This document shows positions 10,140-19,940 of a DNA stretch of 64,000 nucleotides, piece after piece. Every line of letters begins with the position of its first letter. Position 1 is the stretch's first letter. The DNA is from an uncultured Planctomycetales bacterium (GTDB lineage Bacteria; Omnitrophota; Gorgyraeia; Zapsychrales; Fredricksoniimonadaceae), in contig CAYTIW010000008.1 in the NCBI GenBank assembly GCA_964438075.1, forward strand, positions 5,359 to 69,358, read 5' to 3'. A program made the translations under genes and the position numbers. Below the pieces are notes generated by a model, which worked only from the letters and a program-made list of their open reading frames with translations, was not told where the DNA came from and ran no database searches.

Positions 10140-11252
10140 CTAATTGCCCAGCTCCTGCAAAGTGGCTGTTGTACCGTATTCCTTATTGCCTCGCATAAAT
10201 TTTATATCGACCTTATCTCCCGCATTCTTGTCGTCGAAATATTCCACCAGATCATCATTGTTCTTAACCTGCCGGCCATTGATCGAAATGATCACGTCAC
10301 CGTAGATCACGGTCCCGAAGTTATTCCTTCGGGTCGACTTCAACCCGGCCTGATCGGCCGAGCTGCCTTGAGGTATCTCCCAGACCATGGCGCCCTTGAC
10401 CCCCAACCTTTCCCGTATATAATCCGGCACCAGGACCAGCCCCAGTCCGGCCTTCTTTATCCTGCCATATTTGATAAGCTGCGGGACTATCCGCTTTACC
10501 GTATTGACCGGGATAGCGAATCCCACCCCGGCGGAAGCCCCGGAAGGGCTGTAGATCATGGTGGTCACACCGATGAGGTTCCCCGAGGAGTCCAGCAGCG
10601 GCCCTCCGGAATTTCCCGGATTGATGGCCGTGTCGGTCTGGATCACATCGTGTATCTTCCTCCCGCCTATGGAACGCATCGTGCGCCCCAGGGCGCTCAC
10701 CACCCCGGTAGTCAAAGAATAATCAAGGCCGAAAGGGTTCCCGATAGACAAAGCCCGCTGCCCCACTTTGAGATCCTTCGAGTTACCCACCGGGATCGAT
10801 CTCAACGCATCGGCCGGCGCATCTATCTTCAATACTGCCAGATCATGTTCAGGAGATATCCCGATAACCTTGGCCTCGTATGGCTTTTGTTCTGCCAATA
10901 AAACCTCTATCTTGTCCGCCTGATAGATAACATGAAAATTAGTCACGATATGTCCCTGGGCATCCCATATGAAACCCGAACCGGCGCCGCGGGGTATCTC
11001 GTACATGTAATCCGAGAACCAGTCCCATTGCAAGGAGGCGTTCTTGATGAACACCACCGAAGGGGAAACCCGTTCAAAAACATCCACTGTCGCCTGTTCG
11101 TCCGGCTTCAATTCGGCCCGGGCCGATAATTGGAAAGGCATCAACACGAAGGCCAAACAAAAAAGCAGGAACTTACTTTGTCTTTTTAGGTATTTTAATA
11201 ACAAGGGCAGCTCCTTCCTTTTGCGTGTCGGCCTTTGGGGATCCGCTGTCAT
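10140..11252 (-). CDS. htrA: Periplasmic serine protease, HtrA/DegP (S1C) family with one PDZ domain
   Basis: Carries GNSGGPLLD (catalytic Ser), HDLAVLKI (Asp), a C-terminal PDZ and a signal-peptide-like KFLLFCLAFVLMPFQLSARA. The track start at 11264 is GTG. The first ATG is 11252. TTG 11204 behind AAGGAG is an alternative start. Confidence 0.85.
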   Translation of the reverse strand: MTADPQRPTRKRKELPLLLKYLKRQSKFLLFCLAFVLMPFQLSARAELKPDEQATVDVFERVSPSVVFIKNASLQWDWFSDYMYEIPRGAGSGFIWDAQGHIVTNFHVIYQADKIEVLLAEQKPYEAKVIGISPEHDLAVLKIDAPADALRSIPVGNSKDLKVGQRALSIGNPFGLDYSLTTGVVSALGRTMRSIGGRKIHDVIQTDTAINPGNSGGPLLDSSGNLIGVTTMIYSPSGASAGVGFAIPVNTVKRIVPQLIKYGRIKKAGLGLVLVPDYIRERLGVKGAMVWEIPQGSSADQAGLKSTRRNNFGTVIYGDVIISINGRQVKNNDDLVEYFDDKNAGDKVDIKFMRGNKEYGTTATLQELGN

Positions 11253-11520
11253 TTCCCGGCACACACTTCAGGTCCAGCGCTAAATCGATTTTGGTTTAAT
11301 TTAACAGGATTGACGTGCAGCCGGGCTACGGCCTTAAAATTTACCTGCAGCGAAAAATAAAATGTCTACCCGTCAAAGCAACACTTTATTTACAAAAATA
11401 CGTTCCAGTTGTCAAGACAAAAAATAACGCAACTTGCATCTTCGCATGAGATTACGCCTAGAACCGACTTCAAGGTACTGATTATACAGCTGATATATAT
11501 ACTAGAAACAAGGCAGGCTT

Positions 11521-11970
11521 TTAGCCGACCAGTTTATTCAGCTTATCCCATCGTCTTATAATATCCTGGCGTTGCTGTGGGGTTAGGGCTTTCAGAAGTT
11601 CCTGTATCTTCTCCGCCAACATCCGGTCGGTCTTGGCATGCTCATCGACCGCGATGGCCATCAACTGTCCGATCTTGCCATAATCAGGGCTTTCCTTAGC
11701 GAGTTCGCTGCGGAACTCAGCTATCTCAACGCTGTACCTGCTCCTGATCGCCTGGCGGTGCTCGAAGACCTCTCTGGCCAAAACCGCAAGCCTTTCTTTC
11801 TGCAACCCGGACAACTTCAAACGCCGGGCAACCATTTCAAGACGTCCTTCCGGCGACTTTAATTGTTTCAGCTTGCTAAAAACGATAAAATAGCTGCTTA
11901 AAAAACAAAGATTCAAGCCCAATGATATGAACAGCACTGCCTTCAACCATTTGAATTTCATGATATCCAT
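11521..11970 (-). CDS. Periplasmic Spy/CpxP-family (LTXXQ motif) stress protein
   Basis: 149 aa with an N-terminal signal/anchor (AVLFISLGLNLCFLSS). It is helical with LTXXQ-type motifs (LSGLQKERL, LTPQQRQDI), as in Spy/CpxP/ZraP-like proteins. Confidence 0.65.
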   Translation of the reverse strand: MDIMKFKWLKAVLFISLGLNLCFLSSYFIVFSKLKQLKSPEGRLEMVARRLKLSGLQKERLAVLAREVFEHRQAIRSRYSVEIAEFRSELAKESPDYGKIGQLMAIAVDEHAKTDRMLAEKIQELLKALTPQQRQDIIRRWDKLNKLVG

Positions 11971-11982
11971 AAAACATCCTTT

Positions 11983-12393
11983 CTATAAATTACCACCGCT
12001 TCCAGTATTCCCCCATTCAACGCTGAACCATATACCGTCGCATATAGTTTGCCCGAACTGCATCCCCATGTAACAGGCCATGACGATCATCACCGAACAC
12101 ATGGCCAATCCCATCGACCTGCCCGGCTTGAACAATAACTCCAGCCACGGCCAAGACCAGCTTTCACCCGGCTCATCGGTAACAGGGATCAGGTCCTTCA
12201 CTTTTTGGCGGAGGGCTGAAGGCGCCTCGACCATTTCCAAGGCCATTGAAGAACGCGCCTCAAGCAACCGGTCCAGGCAATCAGGACAACAGGCCAGGTG
12301 CCCCTCGACCTCATTAAGCTGATCCCCATGCAGTTCGCCGTCAAGGTATCCGGCCAAAAGATTGTCATCCACGCATCCGATCCCGTACTTCAT
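11983..12393 (-). CDS. Zinc-binding (ZAS, zf-HC2) anti-sigma factor, single TM
   Basis: 136 aa. HLACCPDCLDRL fits Hx3Cx2C. A C-terminal TM is present (MGLAMCSVMIVMACYMGMQF). It lies 77 nt downstream of an ECF sigma gene. Confidence 0.75.
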   Translation of the reverse strand: MKYGIGCVDDNLLAGYLDGELHGDQLNEVEGHLACCPDCLDRLLEARSSMALEMVEAPSALRQKVKDLIPVTDEPGESWSWPWLELLFKPGRSMGLAMCSVMIVMACYMGMQFGQTICDGIWFSVEWGNTGSGGNL

Positions 12394-12470
12394 ATTATTG
12401 CTCCCGTCTTCATTGGATTATACGTAGGCAAAGGACAAAACATCCCCAAAAAAGTTCATCCTTAATGGCA

Positions 12471-13019
12471 TTAGGATTCCTTTTTGTAATATTCCCGTAG
12501 GACCTGCAAGGCCTTATGCTTGGCGCTGCGGATGGTTTGCGCATCGACACTTAATATTTTGGCCGCCTCATCAACATCCAACCCCCTCCTGAAAAGCAGT
12601 TCGATCACCAGTCTCTGCCGGCCGGGAAGCAGATCCTCGGGGATATCAACGGGAAGAGAGATGGCCGGCTGATCATCAGACGCCGGAATATCCAGGCCTT
12701 CCAAAGTCTGTTGAGGACGGGGGGACTTACGTAAGAGGTCTATTGACACGCTACGCGTTACAAGGGTGAGCCAAGTGCTCAATGACGACCTGGACGGATC
12801 ATACGTCCTTAACAGCCGCATATCATCGTTAAGCAGCCGGACGAATACTTCCTGGAACGCCTCATCCAGATCACTGTCTTGCGCCTGATTCCGATACGCC
12901 AAGAAAGCCTTACGCGCGACCGAGTAGATAAGCCTGGAATATTGTTCTACGAAAGTGTCCCACTGGGCTTTGTCCCCGTTCAATAACAGCTCCATGTTCA
13001 ATCGGCATCTTTTTAACAT
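12471..13019 (-). CDS. ECF-type RNA polymerase sigma-70 family factor
   Basis: 182 aa. Region 2 (FEQYSRLIYSVARKAF...EAFQEVFVRLL) and a region 4 HTH (LSVDAQTIRSAKHKALQVLRE). The start could instead be ATG 12995. Confidence 0.85.
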   Translation of the reverse strand: MLKRCRLNMELLLNGDKAQWDTFVEQYSRLIYSVARKAFLAYRNQAQDSDLDEAFQEVFVRLLNDDMRLLRTYDPSRSSLSTWLTLVTRSVSIDLLRKSPRPQQTLEGLDIPASDDQPAISLPVDIPEDLLPGRQRLVIELLFRRGLDVDEAAKILSVDAQTIRSAKHKALQVLREYYKKES

Positions 13020-13055
13020 ATTAATCAGGAGAAATATTCCGGGGACGCTAACGTG

Positions 13056-15005
13056 CTATTTCTCGTTGAGAGTAGTATCATCGGACGGCAAAAATATCTG
13101 CATGGCAAAGAAATCTTCAGCTTGGCAAAACCTCCTGCCAGCCACCGTTATCTCTCCAGGCAATTTCTTTTGCAGCACTACTATCATGCAAGGTGCATTT
13201 GAGGAATTCTGGGCGGGTTTGTTCATGTCAGTCGAAACATAATAAAAACGCACTGGCCGGGGGCTCAAAGCCCATAAGGGGTACTCCCAGCTCCATTCGG
13301 TCGCTATCAGCCCGACCTCACGGCATCCTTGCTGCACATATTTGGCTACTTCAGCGTGGCCCTTTATATACGAAGGCCAGTATCTACGGTTGGCAAAATA
13401 CTGTAAATTCCGGGGAAGCGTAAGGACATTATGCTTCGGGCCGAATTCGATAGGCCTGGCCACGCTCTTAAAAAAGCATGGCAGCGACAAAAGGAATAAA
13501 CAGATGGCGAACAATGACGCGCTCCAGCGGCGGGCACCCCATACAATGCCCACAACCGGCACTGCCATAAGAAGAAAAGGAACATGGAACCGGTTTATAG
13601 TCGGGCCCCAGCGCAAGGTGAACAAGAAGAAAGTAACGGAGATCAACAGGCATAGCAAATACGGCCGGACACGCGCCTCCCCTATAAACATGGCCGCCAC
13701 ACAAACCAGGACCAATAAAATGATCTGGACCAGGTTGCCGATATGGTCCTCATGCAGAGAGCTAAGCGGATGCAACGCATCCCAGGCAAAGCCGAAAATA
13801 GTGGTGGACTCATCATCCAGAGCGACCCCCAGCTTATTATTGAACTTCTCGACCGCCGAGCGGCAATAATCCTTGACCGGCTCGATATCGATGTTGCATT
13901 CCGAAAAAAGATGTTTGGAAGCGTTCGAGAGCATATAGGCCAATGAGTAGTCACCCAAGTAGTAAAGGCTGACCCCCTGCCCTGCCTGGGCATGAACGCG
14001 ATCATGGTGATAGCGGACTAACCAGCCCGTCATGAAGATACATGTTATAACGAGCACCGCGAGCGGCCGCAACAATCCACCCAGCCTGAACCTGCGCCAT
14101 GAATCAACAGCGAGCCATATGACAAACGGAAAGAAATATAGCGCGGTCCCCTTGGTCAGCATTGCCAGGCCATAAGCACAAGCGGCGCAAATAACATCCC
14201 GCCATAGCCCGCTGGACATGGAACGCATAATGAAAACAACAGCGGTAAGGATGAAAAAGGAGAAAACAATATCGCTCTGGGAAGTGGTCGACTGCAACAG
14301 CGCGGTCGGCATCGTGACAGCCATCACCACCGCGACACCCCGTCCCAACAGGCCGGAGCCCAAATATCCTGCCAGAAGCGATACGGCCGCCCCGGCCCCT
14401 GCCAATGAGGCCCACTGCACCAGATTCACATAAAGGTCATGACCGGTCAGGGCATAAACATGCATCAGCAGATACTGCGCCCCCGGCAGATGCCAGTTTT
14501 GGCAAACGACATCGCTAGGATAGAACGCGACCGAGCCTTCCTGCAGCCAGTGCATGACGCGCGGCAGATGGTAGACCATCGAATCGAACGAATTAGGCGC
14601 CACCTTTAGAGCGACGACGAAAGTCCCGCTCAGGACGATCAGGGCAAGTATCTGCGCAAAGTTTACATGAAAGAGCTTCCGCCGATCAAAACCAGGGCCG
14701 ACCTCCTGCCCAGGCCCAAACCAGGCCCAGTGCAGCGCAAGCAATGCTAAAAGGACCCAGAACGAGATCAGATTGCTGCTGGCCAGCATCTTGCCTGAAC
14801 TTAACACCTCAACACACAGAACAGACAATGAACAGACCAGGATGGAAGAAAAAAGGCATGCCTCCCGCCAAGCGGAGAACAAACCCCGCCGCATGGCTCC
14901 CCAGGCAAGAAAGAATAATGTTAAGGGGATCAGGATCACCATTGTATTTTTCAACGCCATTTGATGCGGCCCCTGTGGAGAGCCCCGGGGCACGCGGCCA
15001 AACAT
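13056..15005 (-). CDS. Large polytopic membrane protein, GT-C (PMT/ArnT-like) glycosyltransferase candidate
   Basis: 649 aa with at least 12 hydrophobic segments. An acidic first-loop motif APNSFDSMVYHLPRVMHW is present. The assignment rests on architecture and motif only. The start could be ATG 14960. Confidence 0.5.
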   Translation of the reverse strand: MFGRVPRGSPQGPHQMALKNTMVILIPLTLFFLAWGAMRRGLFSAWREACLFSSILVCSLSVLCVEVLSSGKMLASSNLISFWVLLALLALHWAWFGPGQEVGPGFDRRKLFHVNFAQILALIVLSGTFVVALKVAPNSFDSMVYHLPRVMHWLQEGSVAFYPSDVVCQNWHLPGAQYLLMHVYALTGHDLYVNLVQWASLAGAGAAVSLLAGYLGSGLLGRGVAVVMAVTMPTALLQSTTSQSDIVFSFFILTAVVFIMRSMSSGLWRDVICAACAYGLAMLTKGTALYFFPFVIWLAVDSWRRFRLGGLLRPLAVLVITCIFMTGWLVRYHHDRVHAQAGQGVSLYYLGDYSLAYMLSNASKHLFSECNIDIEPVKDYCRSAVEKFNNKLGVALDDESTTIFGFAWDALHPLSSLHEDHIGNLVQIILLVLVCVAAMFIGEARVRPYLLCLLISVTFFLFTLRWGPTINRFHVPFLLMAVPVVGIVWGARRWSASLFAICLFLLSLPCFFKSVARPIEFGPKHNVLTLPRNLQYFANRRYWPSYIKGHAEVAKYVQQGCREVGLIATEWSWEYPLWALSPRPVRFYYVSTDMNKPAQNSSNAPCMIVVLQKKLPGEITVAGRRFCQAEDFFAMQIFLPSDDTTLNEK

Positions 15006-15012
15006 TGGCCGA

Positions 15013-15522
15013 TCACTTTTCGATATTCTTTTCTATCTGGGAGAAAAGTTCTTCATAAAACACCTTATCCTCGATCACCAATTCGGGCTCCTTGCTTTTA
15101 GTCACTTCTTTCCCGCCCCCTCCCGGTAAAGGGACCACAAAAAGGAAATACCTGGTCTTATCTGCCACGTAATTCCGCTCGGTTGTTTGAACAGCGTTCA
15201 GGAACAGCTGCTGTTCCTTTTCGCTCTTGCTCATGATCTTGGACTGGACCGCCACGACCACGTTCTGATAGCTTTTCGAGAAAAAACGGCTGGCGGTCAA
15301 TGTCCCGGCCTCAGGGTCCTCATTATCGATAACGAACTTCTTCGCCAACAGTGTCCGCGCCACTGCTTTGTGCAGGTCCTTAACGGAAGTCTGGTAGATA
15401 CGGGTATTATTTGGCTCTTCATCCTTCATAACCTCGCGATAAATATTCCTTGTCGGAGAACAACCGACAAACAAGATCAGGGGAAAAATGGCAAATAAGA
15501 CCACCCCTCTCGCAATAAACAT
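15013..15522 (-). CDS. Lipoprotein of unknown function
   Basis: Lipobox LFVGC after a hydrophobic signal. The track start at 15540 is TTG. ATG 15522 lies 6 nt after AAAGGGAGG. Its stop is 7 nt from the next gene. Confidence 0.65.
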   Translation of the reverse strand: MFIARGVVLFAIFPLILFVGCSPTRNIYREVMKDEEPNNTRIYQTSVKDLHKAVARTLLAKKFVIDNEDPEAGTLTASRFFSKSYQNVVVAVQSKIMSKSEKEQQLFLNAVQTTERNYVADKTRYFLFVVPLPGGGGKEVTKSKEPELVIEDKVFYEELFSQIEKNIEK

Positions 15523-15721
15523 AAACATCCTCCCTTTCAAGTTTAACGATCAACTGTGTTTTAGGGGAACACCCTGTATAAGCCGGCTCTTAATTAACAA
15601 ATGTACAGCCCGGACATTATATTAACCCGAATACAAACATTTTTCTGGCATTAGTTTAAATATAAGTTAATATTATCAACGGCTGTTTTTCAAATATTTC
15701 ACTTATCAATTTCGTTTATTT

Positions 15722-16318
15722 ATGGCACCTCCGGCAATACGCAACTTGATAACCAAAGAGTCTTTGCAGGGCACCATAGAGCGCGATGAGATATCCTGCC
15801 ATTGGTTCTCCGACGCCGTAATGATCCCGCAAGTAGGGGAAGCCCTCAAAGAATCCCCTGCCCTTATCCAGGCAAGAAACAGTCTGGGAAGAATAATATT
15901 CACTCAGCAGATCCTTTATTTCGTATGCGTACCGGCGCTGCTCTTACTTTTTATCTACTTCCGCTATCCCTCACTGCTATGGGCCAATGCCGTTGTCCTT
16001 ATCCTTTTATACCTTTTAGGCAGGACAAAAACCAAACTCATAGCTGATATTGCCTGGCAGTGGGTGGACAAAGAATTCCCCCAAGAAGAATTGAGCACTC
16101 TGACCTATTTTCAATTGACAGAAAGATTGGGCAAACGGCATTCCATCCCCACCCTGGTCGATACGATCAGCCGATGGGATTGGGTGTTACGGAAATGGCT
16201 TTTGGCCACTTATGTTATCTGCTCTTTGATACTTTTCTTCAATTTCCTTCATTTCATCGCCGCGCTGCTTCTCGTTTTCTTCATCACCTCTCTCTTTCTG
16301 CGGTACGCCTCGGCCTGA
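15722..16318 (+). CDS. Hypothetical 4-TM membrane protein
   Basis: 198 aa with an ATG start and four hydrophobic helices (ILYFVCVPALLLLFIYF, ANAVVLILLYLLG, LLATYVICSLILFFNF, IAALLLVFFITSLFL). No family recognised and no obvious SD. Confidence 0.45.
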   Translation: MAPPAIRNLITKESLQGTIERDEISCHWFSDAVMIPQVGEALKESPALIQARNSLGRIIFTQQILYFVCVPALLLLFIYFRYPSLLWANAVVLILLYLLGRTKTKLIADIAWQWVDKEFPQEELSTLTYFQLTERLGKRHSIPTLVDTISRWDWVLRKWLLATYVICSLILFFNFLHFIAALLLVFFITSLFLRYASA

Positions 16319-16336
16319 TAGCCGCCCCCGACAACC

Positions 16337-18310
16337 TCATGACACGCTGATCATCCTTAAGAAGAAGAACAATAACAGGTAACCCCCTAAAATAAGAACA
16401 CCCGCGTTGGACGTAGTGCATAAAAAAAAGAGCATAACGACTGAAAAAGCCTTGCGGAACAGGAAATTATCCAAACGCGGGTTATCATAAACAAGAGTAT
16501 GGAGGTTGTAACTCCGCCAATTAATGTCCCGTAGCTTGTTCCCCCTGACCATATCCTCAAAGAATGCGGAACCGGGGATAGGCGTTAAAAAGGACAAAAC
16601 GGTAAACTGAGGCCAAAGCTTAACACAAAACAGCCACAACCTTAACAATGACGCCAGCCCATCGTTCTCAAAACCATAGATAAAATGGCCTTTGACCTTA
16701 ATTCCCGCGCGCTTGAGTTTCATGGTCAGTTCGACATATTTTGCGGCCAAGGCCAATTTCCCTCCCCGGCCCGACTCTTCCGAACCGGGGCTGACCTCAT
16801 AACCTATCAACAACACGCAGCAACCGCTCTCCTTCAGCAGTTCGATCGTTTTATCGTCGCTGGCGATATCAATGCTTGATGAACCAACCCATTGAAAATG
16901 AAAAGGGACCATGGCCTTGAGAAGTTTCTTGAAATATTCCGGGTCGGCGTAAATATTCGAATCAATAAAACAGATTTTCTTGGTACGGGCGGATATTTTC
17001 TTCAAATATACCAGCATCTGGTCAATATCATTGGCACAGGCATCAAAACCTTCCTGCCAAAAGGGCATAGCGCAAAAATAGCACTTGAACTTGCATCCTC
17101 TGCGCGTTTCCAAAAAACTGGCAATGACTGCCGGAGGCTGTTCCGCCAGATATTGCCGCACAGTGTCCACATCTTTATCCAAAATAAAGGACTGATAGAC
17201 AGCGCGAAGCTCCCCCTTTTCGTGATCATGGAGCACCTGGCTCCAAACGCTCTCGACAGGGCCGATGACAACGCTGTCACAGAATTCCAGCGCCTCATCA
17301 GGAAAAATGCTCACGTGCGGCCCGCCCATGACGACCTTTGAACCACGTTTTTTGAATTCCTTGGCTATCTTGTATGCTTCGGCAGAATTGGCTGTCAGAC
17401 AAGATATCCCTACCAAGGCGCCCCCCTCATAATATTGGTCGCTCCATAAGACACGGTTAAACTCCCTGATCTGATATTTCCTGGGCGTTAAAGCCCTTAT
17501 AATTATTAATGCCGGCGGAGGCGACCAGAAGACCAGAGAACCCAATGCCTGGAGGGTGCCGCTGAAAGGCGGATTAACTAAAATAAGCTGATGCGTTCTT
17601 CCGGGCCCGGATGGAATCGGGCTTGGGGGATACAATGACCTGATCAAGAAGATAAAGAAAACCAGTTCAAGGAATTTCAAAGCAAAACTTAGAAGCGAGG
17701 CTGCAATAAAATTATCCCGCCAATAACCATATACAAGATACGCGAAAAGGACGTCCAGAAAGTAAGTAAAGAGCATTAACAAGCAGGTTCCGACATCCAG
17801 GGAATGCCTGGGGGGATGCGGGTTACCATTATGATATGGATCAAAATAGAGGGCCAGAAAAACGAGTAAAGGTATGTTACATATCGAGGCTATGATCTCA
17901 AATGGAACCGGATATTTACCTGTAAGCAGATAAGCCGCAAAATGGATCGCCGCCGGAATAAAAGCGCAACCCAGGACGGCTTTCCAGTTACGCCTCATCT
18001 GCGTCAACATGCGATCACGTTTGAGCAGTGCTTCCTCGCCGACAGCTATCATGGCCACGGTGGCAAGCCCGCCAGAAATAATTAACACCTTGGCCAAGGT
18101 CCCCAGCCCAAACTGCAGCGCGAACAATATAGGCTTCAGCACCAAGTTGGAAGTTGCAGCCGTAAAGACCCAATTATCGAAAAAATAAAAAAGAGCTATA
18201 ACCGACGTTACGCGCAAAGCCGTTCGTATAGAATCCCGCAAACGCTGAAGAACCTGATCGGGCCTGATGGGTCCTAATACTTTCGATATGGGCAGCATTT
18301 TGCGAGACAT
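16337..18310 (-). CDS. B12-binding-domain radical SAM enzyme fused to an N-terminal polytopic membrane domain
   Basis: 657 aa. Residues 1-235 hold about six hydrophobic helices. A Rossmann-like B12-binding region follows (LILVNPP...GISCLTANSAEAYKIAKEFKKRGSKVVMGGPHVS), then the CX3CX2C motif RRGCKFKCYFCAMP. A C-terminal hydrophobic tail is present (VVMLFFLCTTSNAGVLILGGYLLLFFFL). It starts 26 nt after the secretin stop. Confidence 0.8.
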   Translation of the reverse strand: MSRKMLPISKVLGPIRPDQVLQRLRDSIRTALRVTSVIALFYFFDNWVFTAATSNLVLKPILFALQFGLGTLAKVLIISGGLATVAMIAVGEEALLKRDRMLTQMRRNWKAVLGCAFIPAAIHFAAYLLTGKYPVPFEIIASICNIPLLVFLALYFDPYHNGNPHPPRHSLDVGTCLLMLFTYFLDVLFAYLVYGYWRDNFIAASLLSFALKFLELVFFIFLIRSLYPPSPIPSGPGRTHQLILVNPPFSGTLQALGSLVFWSPPPALIIIRALTPRKYQIREFNRVLWSDQYYEGGALVGISCLTANSAEAYKIAKEFKKRGSKVVMGGPHVSIFPDEALEFCDSVVIGPVESVWSQVLHDHEKGELRAVYQSFILDKDVDTVRQYLAEQPPAVIASFLETRRGCKFKCYFCAMPFWQEGFDACANDIDQMLVYLKKISARTKKICFIDSNIYADPEYFKKLLKAMVPFHFQWVGSSSIDIASDDKTIELLKESGCCVLLIGYEVSPGSEESGRGGKLALAAKYVELTMKLKRAGIKVKGHFIYGFENDGLASLLRLWLFCVKLWPQFTVLSFLTPIPGSAFFEDMVRGNKLRDINWRSYNLHTLVYDNPRLDNFLFRKAFSVVMLFFLCTTSNAGVLILGGYLLLFFFLRMISVS

Positions 18311-18336
18311 CAGTTATTAAACAAGAAATGGATGGA

Positions 18337-19878
18337 TCAATCGGCGTTGGGAATATTTTGGATATCGTGATCGCTCACATCCCCGGAAATGATCGTCGGT
18401 TTTATGAATATGGCTATTTCCGTCTTTTGGACCGAATGGTTCTCGCTTCTGAAAGCGAAACCCAGGAGCGGCAACTTGCCCAGGAGGGGGACCCTCTTAT
18501 CTGTCTTTATTATCTCTTCTTTGATAAGGCCTCCGAGAATGATAGTGACCCCATCCTTGATCATTACTTTTGTTTCGGCTTCGGATGTCTCAATGATCGG
18601 TATAGTATTATTGTTGCTGGTCGTTATCTTCCCCGTTGCCGAGCTGACTTCGGGCTTTATCTTGACGGTAATAAAACCATCATTATGAATAGTAGGGGTC
18701 ACATACAGCTTAACGCCCACTTCCATGAAGTTAACACTCTCCGCCGTTGTCGCCGGTCCGGAAGATGTGGTGGTGGTGGTGGAGGTCACATACGGTTCGG
18801 AAGAACCGACCAGTATCTTAGCTTCTTCGTTATTCAAAGCGGTGATACGCGGGCTGGAAAGGATCTTGGTCGATCCGATCGTATCTAAAGCTTCCAGCAT
18901 CAGCGTGAAATCATCTTCCGATAAAGTGCCGATAGCCACCTTACCGCGCTTGTCAGAGTCAGCCAAGACTGAAAAATCGCTGGTAAAGGTCAATTTCTTG
19001 TACTTGGCTATCACGGCTTCCCAGTCTATTCCCATCTTATGCTCGTCATCGAGGATAACCTGCACGATCTTTGCCTGGATCAAAACCTCTTTATGCCTCA
19101 AATCAAAAGCTTTGATGATGTTACGTATTTGATCCACAACCCGTACGGTATCTGTGACGACGAGCCGGTTGGAACGGTCGTCTGATTTTAAAATGCCCAA
19201 CCCCGGGGTCAACAAGGGAGTTATCTGGGCTGATACATCTTTGGCCAACGCGTAATTGATGTCAAAAACCTCCGTGATCGTCTTAACGTCCAGGCGCTTG
19301 ATGATATCTTCCATTTCAACAATCTTTGCCGGCGTATCTATCAATACCAGCGTATTCGATTTGTCATCTACCAGCACTTTCCCCTGAGAACTTTTGACTT
19401 GGTTCAATAGAGCCGAGACAGCGGCCGTATTACCGTAATTCAAATTATAAATGCGATTACTGAACGGCCGGCCGAACTTTTGCCCGAACCTTTCTTCATA
19501 CTCTTGAGACGTCATCACTTTTATGATATCCCCCTCTTCAACGAATGCCCAGCCGTACGCATCGACAATGACCCTCAACGCATCCAGCACTCCTATATCT
19601 TTTAAATATACAGTGACCCGGCCTTTAACATTTTGTGAAGCCACTATATTACGCTGAACCTTTAACGAAATTAGGCGCAAAACGTCCGCTATATCAATTT
19701 GTTTAAAATCCAACACATCTATAATCGCGGGAGCGGGAGGCGCGGACGCATCAATTTTTGTCGGGTTTCCAAGCGGGGGCTCCTCTATCGCAACGGCATC
19801 ATTGCATAAAGAACAAACAAATAAGCAACTTGCCCCGATGAGGATCTTCTTAAAAGAAAGGATGTAGTTTTCGGCCAT
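18337..19878 (-). CDS. gspD: Secretin (GspD/PilQ/MshL family outer-membrane channel)
   Basis: 513 aa with a signal peptide, an STN/N0-like domain and two Secretin_N-like repeats (YNLNYGNTAAVSALLNQV..., FDINYALAKDVSAQITPLL...). The C-terminal secretin core is TIILGGLIKEEIIKTDKRVPLLGKLPLLGFAFRS...EIAIFIKP. Confidence 0.9.
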   Translation of the reverse strand: MAENYILSFKKILIGASCLFVCSLCNDAVAIEEPPLGNPTKIDASAPPAPAIIDVLDFKQIDIADVLRLISLKVQRNIVASQNVKGRVTVYLKDIGVLDALRVIVDAYGWAFVEEGDIIKVMTSQEYEERFGQKFGRPFSNRIYNLNYGNTAAVSALLNQVKSSQGKVLVDDKSNTLVLIDTPAKIVEMEDIIKRLDVKTITEVFDINYALAKDVSAQITPLLTPGLGILKSDDRSNRLVVTDTVRVVDQIRNIIKAFDLRHKEVLIQAKIVQVILDDEHKMGIDWEAVIAKYKKLTFTSDFSVLADSDKRGKVAIGTLSEDDFTLMLEALDTIGSTKILSSPRITALNNEEAKILVGSSEPYVTSTTTTTSSGPATTAESVNFMEVGVKLYVTPTIHNDGFITVKIKPEVSSATGKITTSNNNTIPIIETSEAETKVMIKDGVTIILGGLIKEEIIKTDKRVPLLGKLPLLGFAFRSENHSVQKTEIAIFIKPTIISGDVSDHDIQNIPNAD

Positions 19879-19940
19879 AAATTGATTTATTTGTTAAATA
19901 GTATATATCTGGCAATGTTAATTTTACATGAAAATATGTT

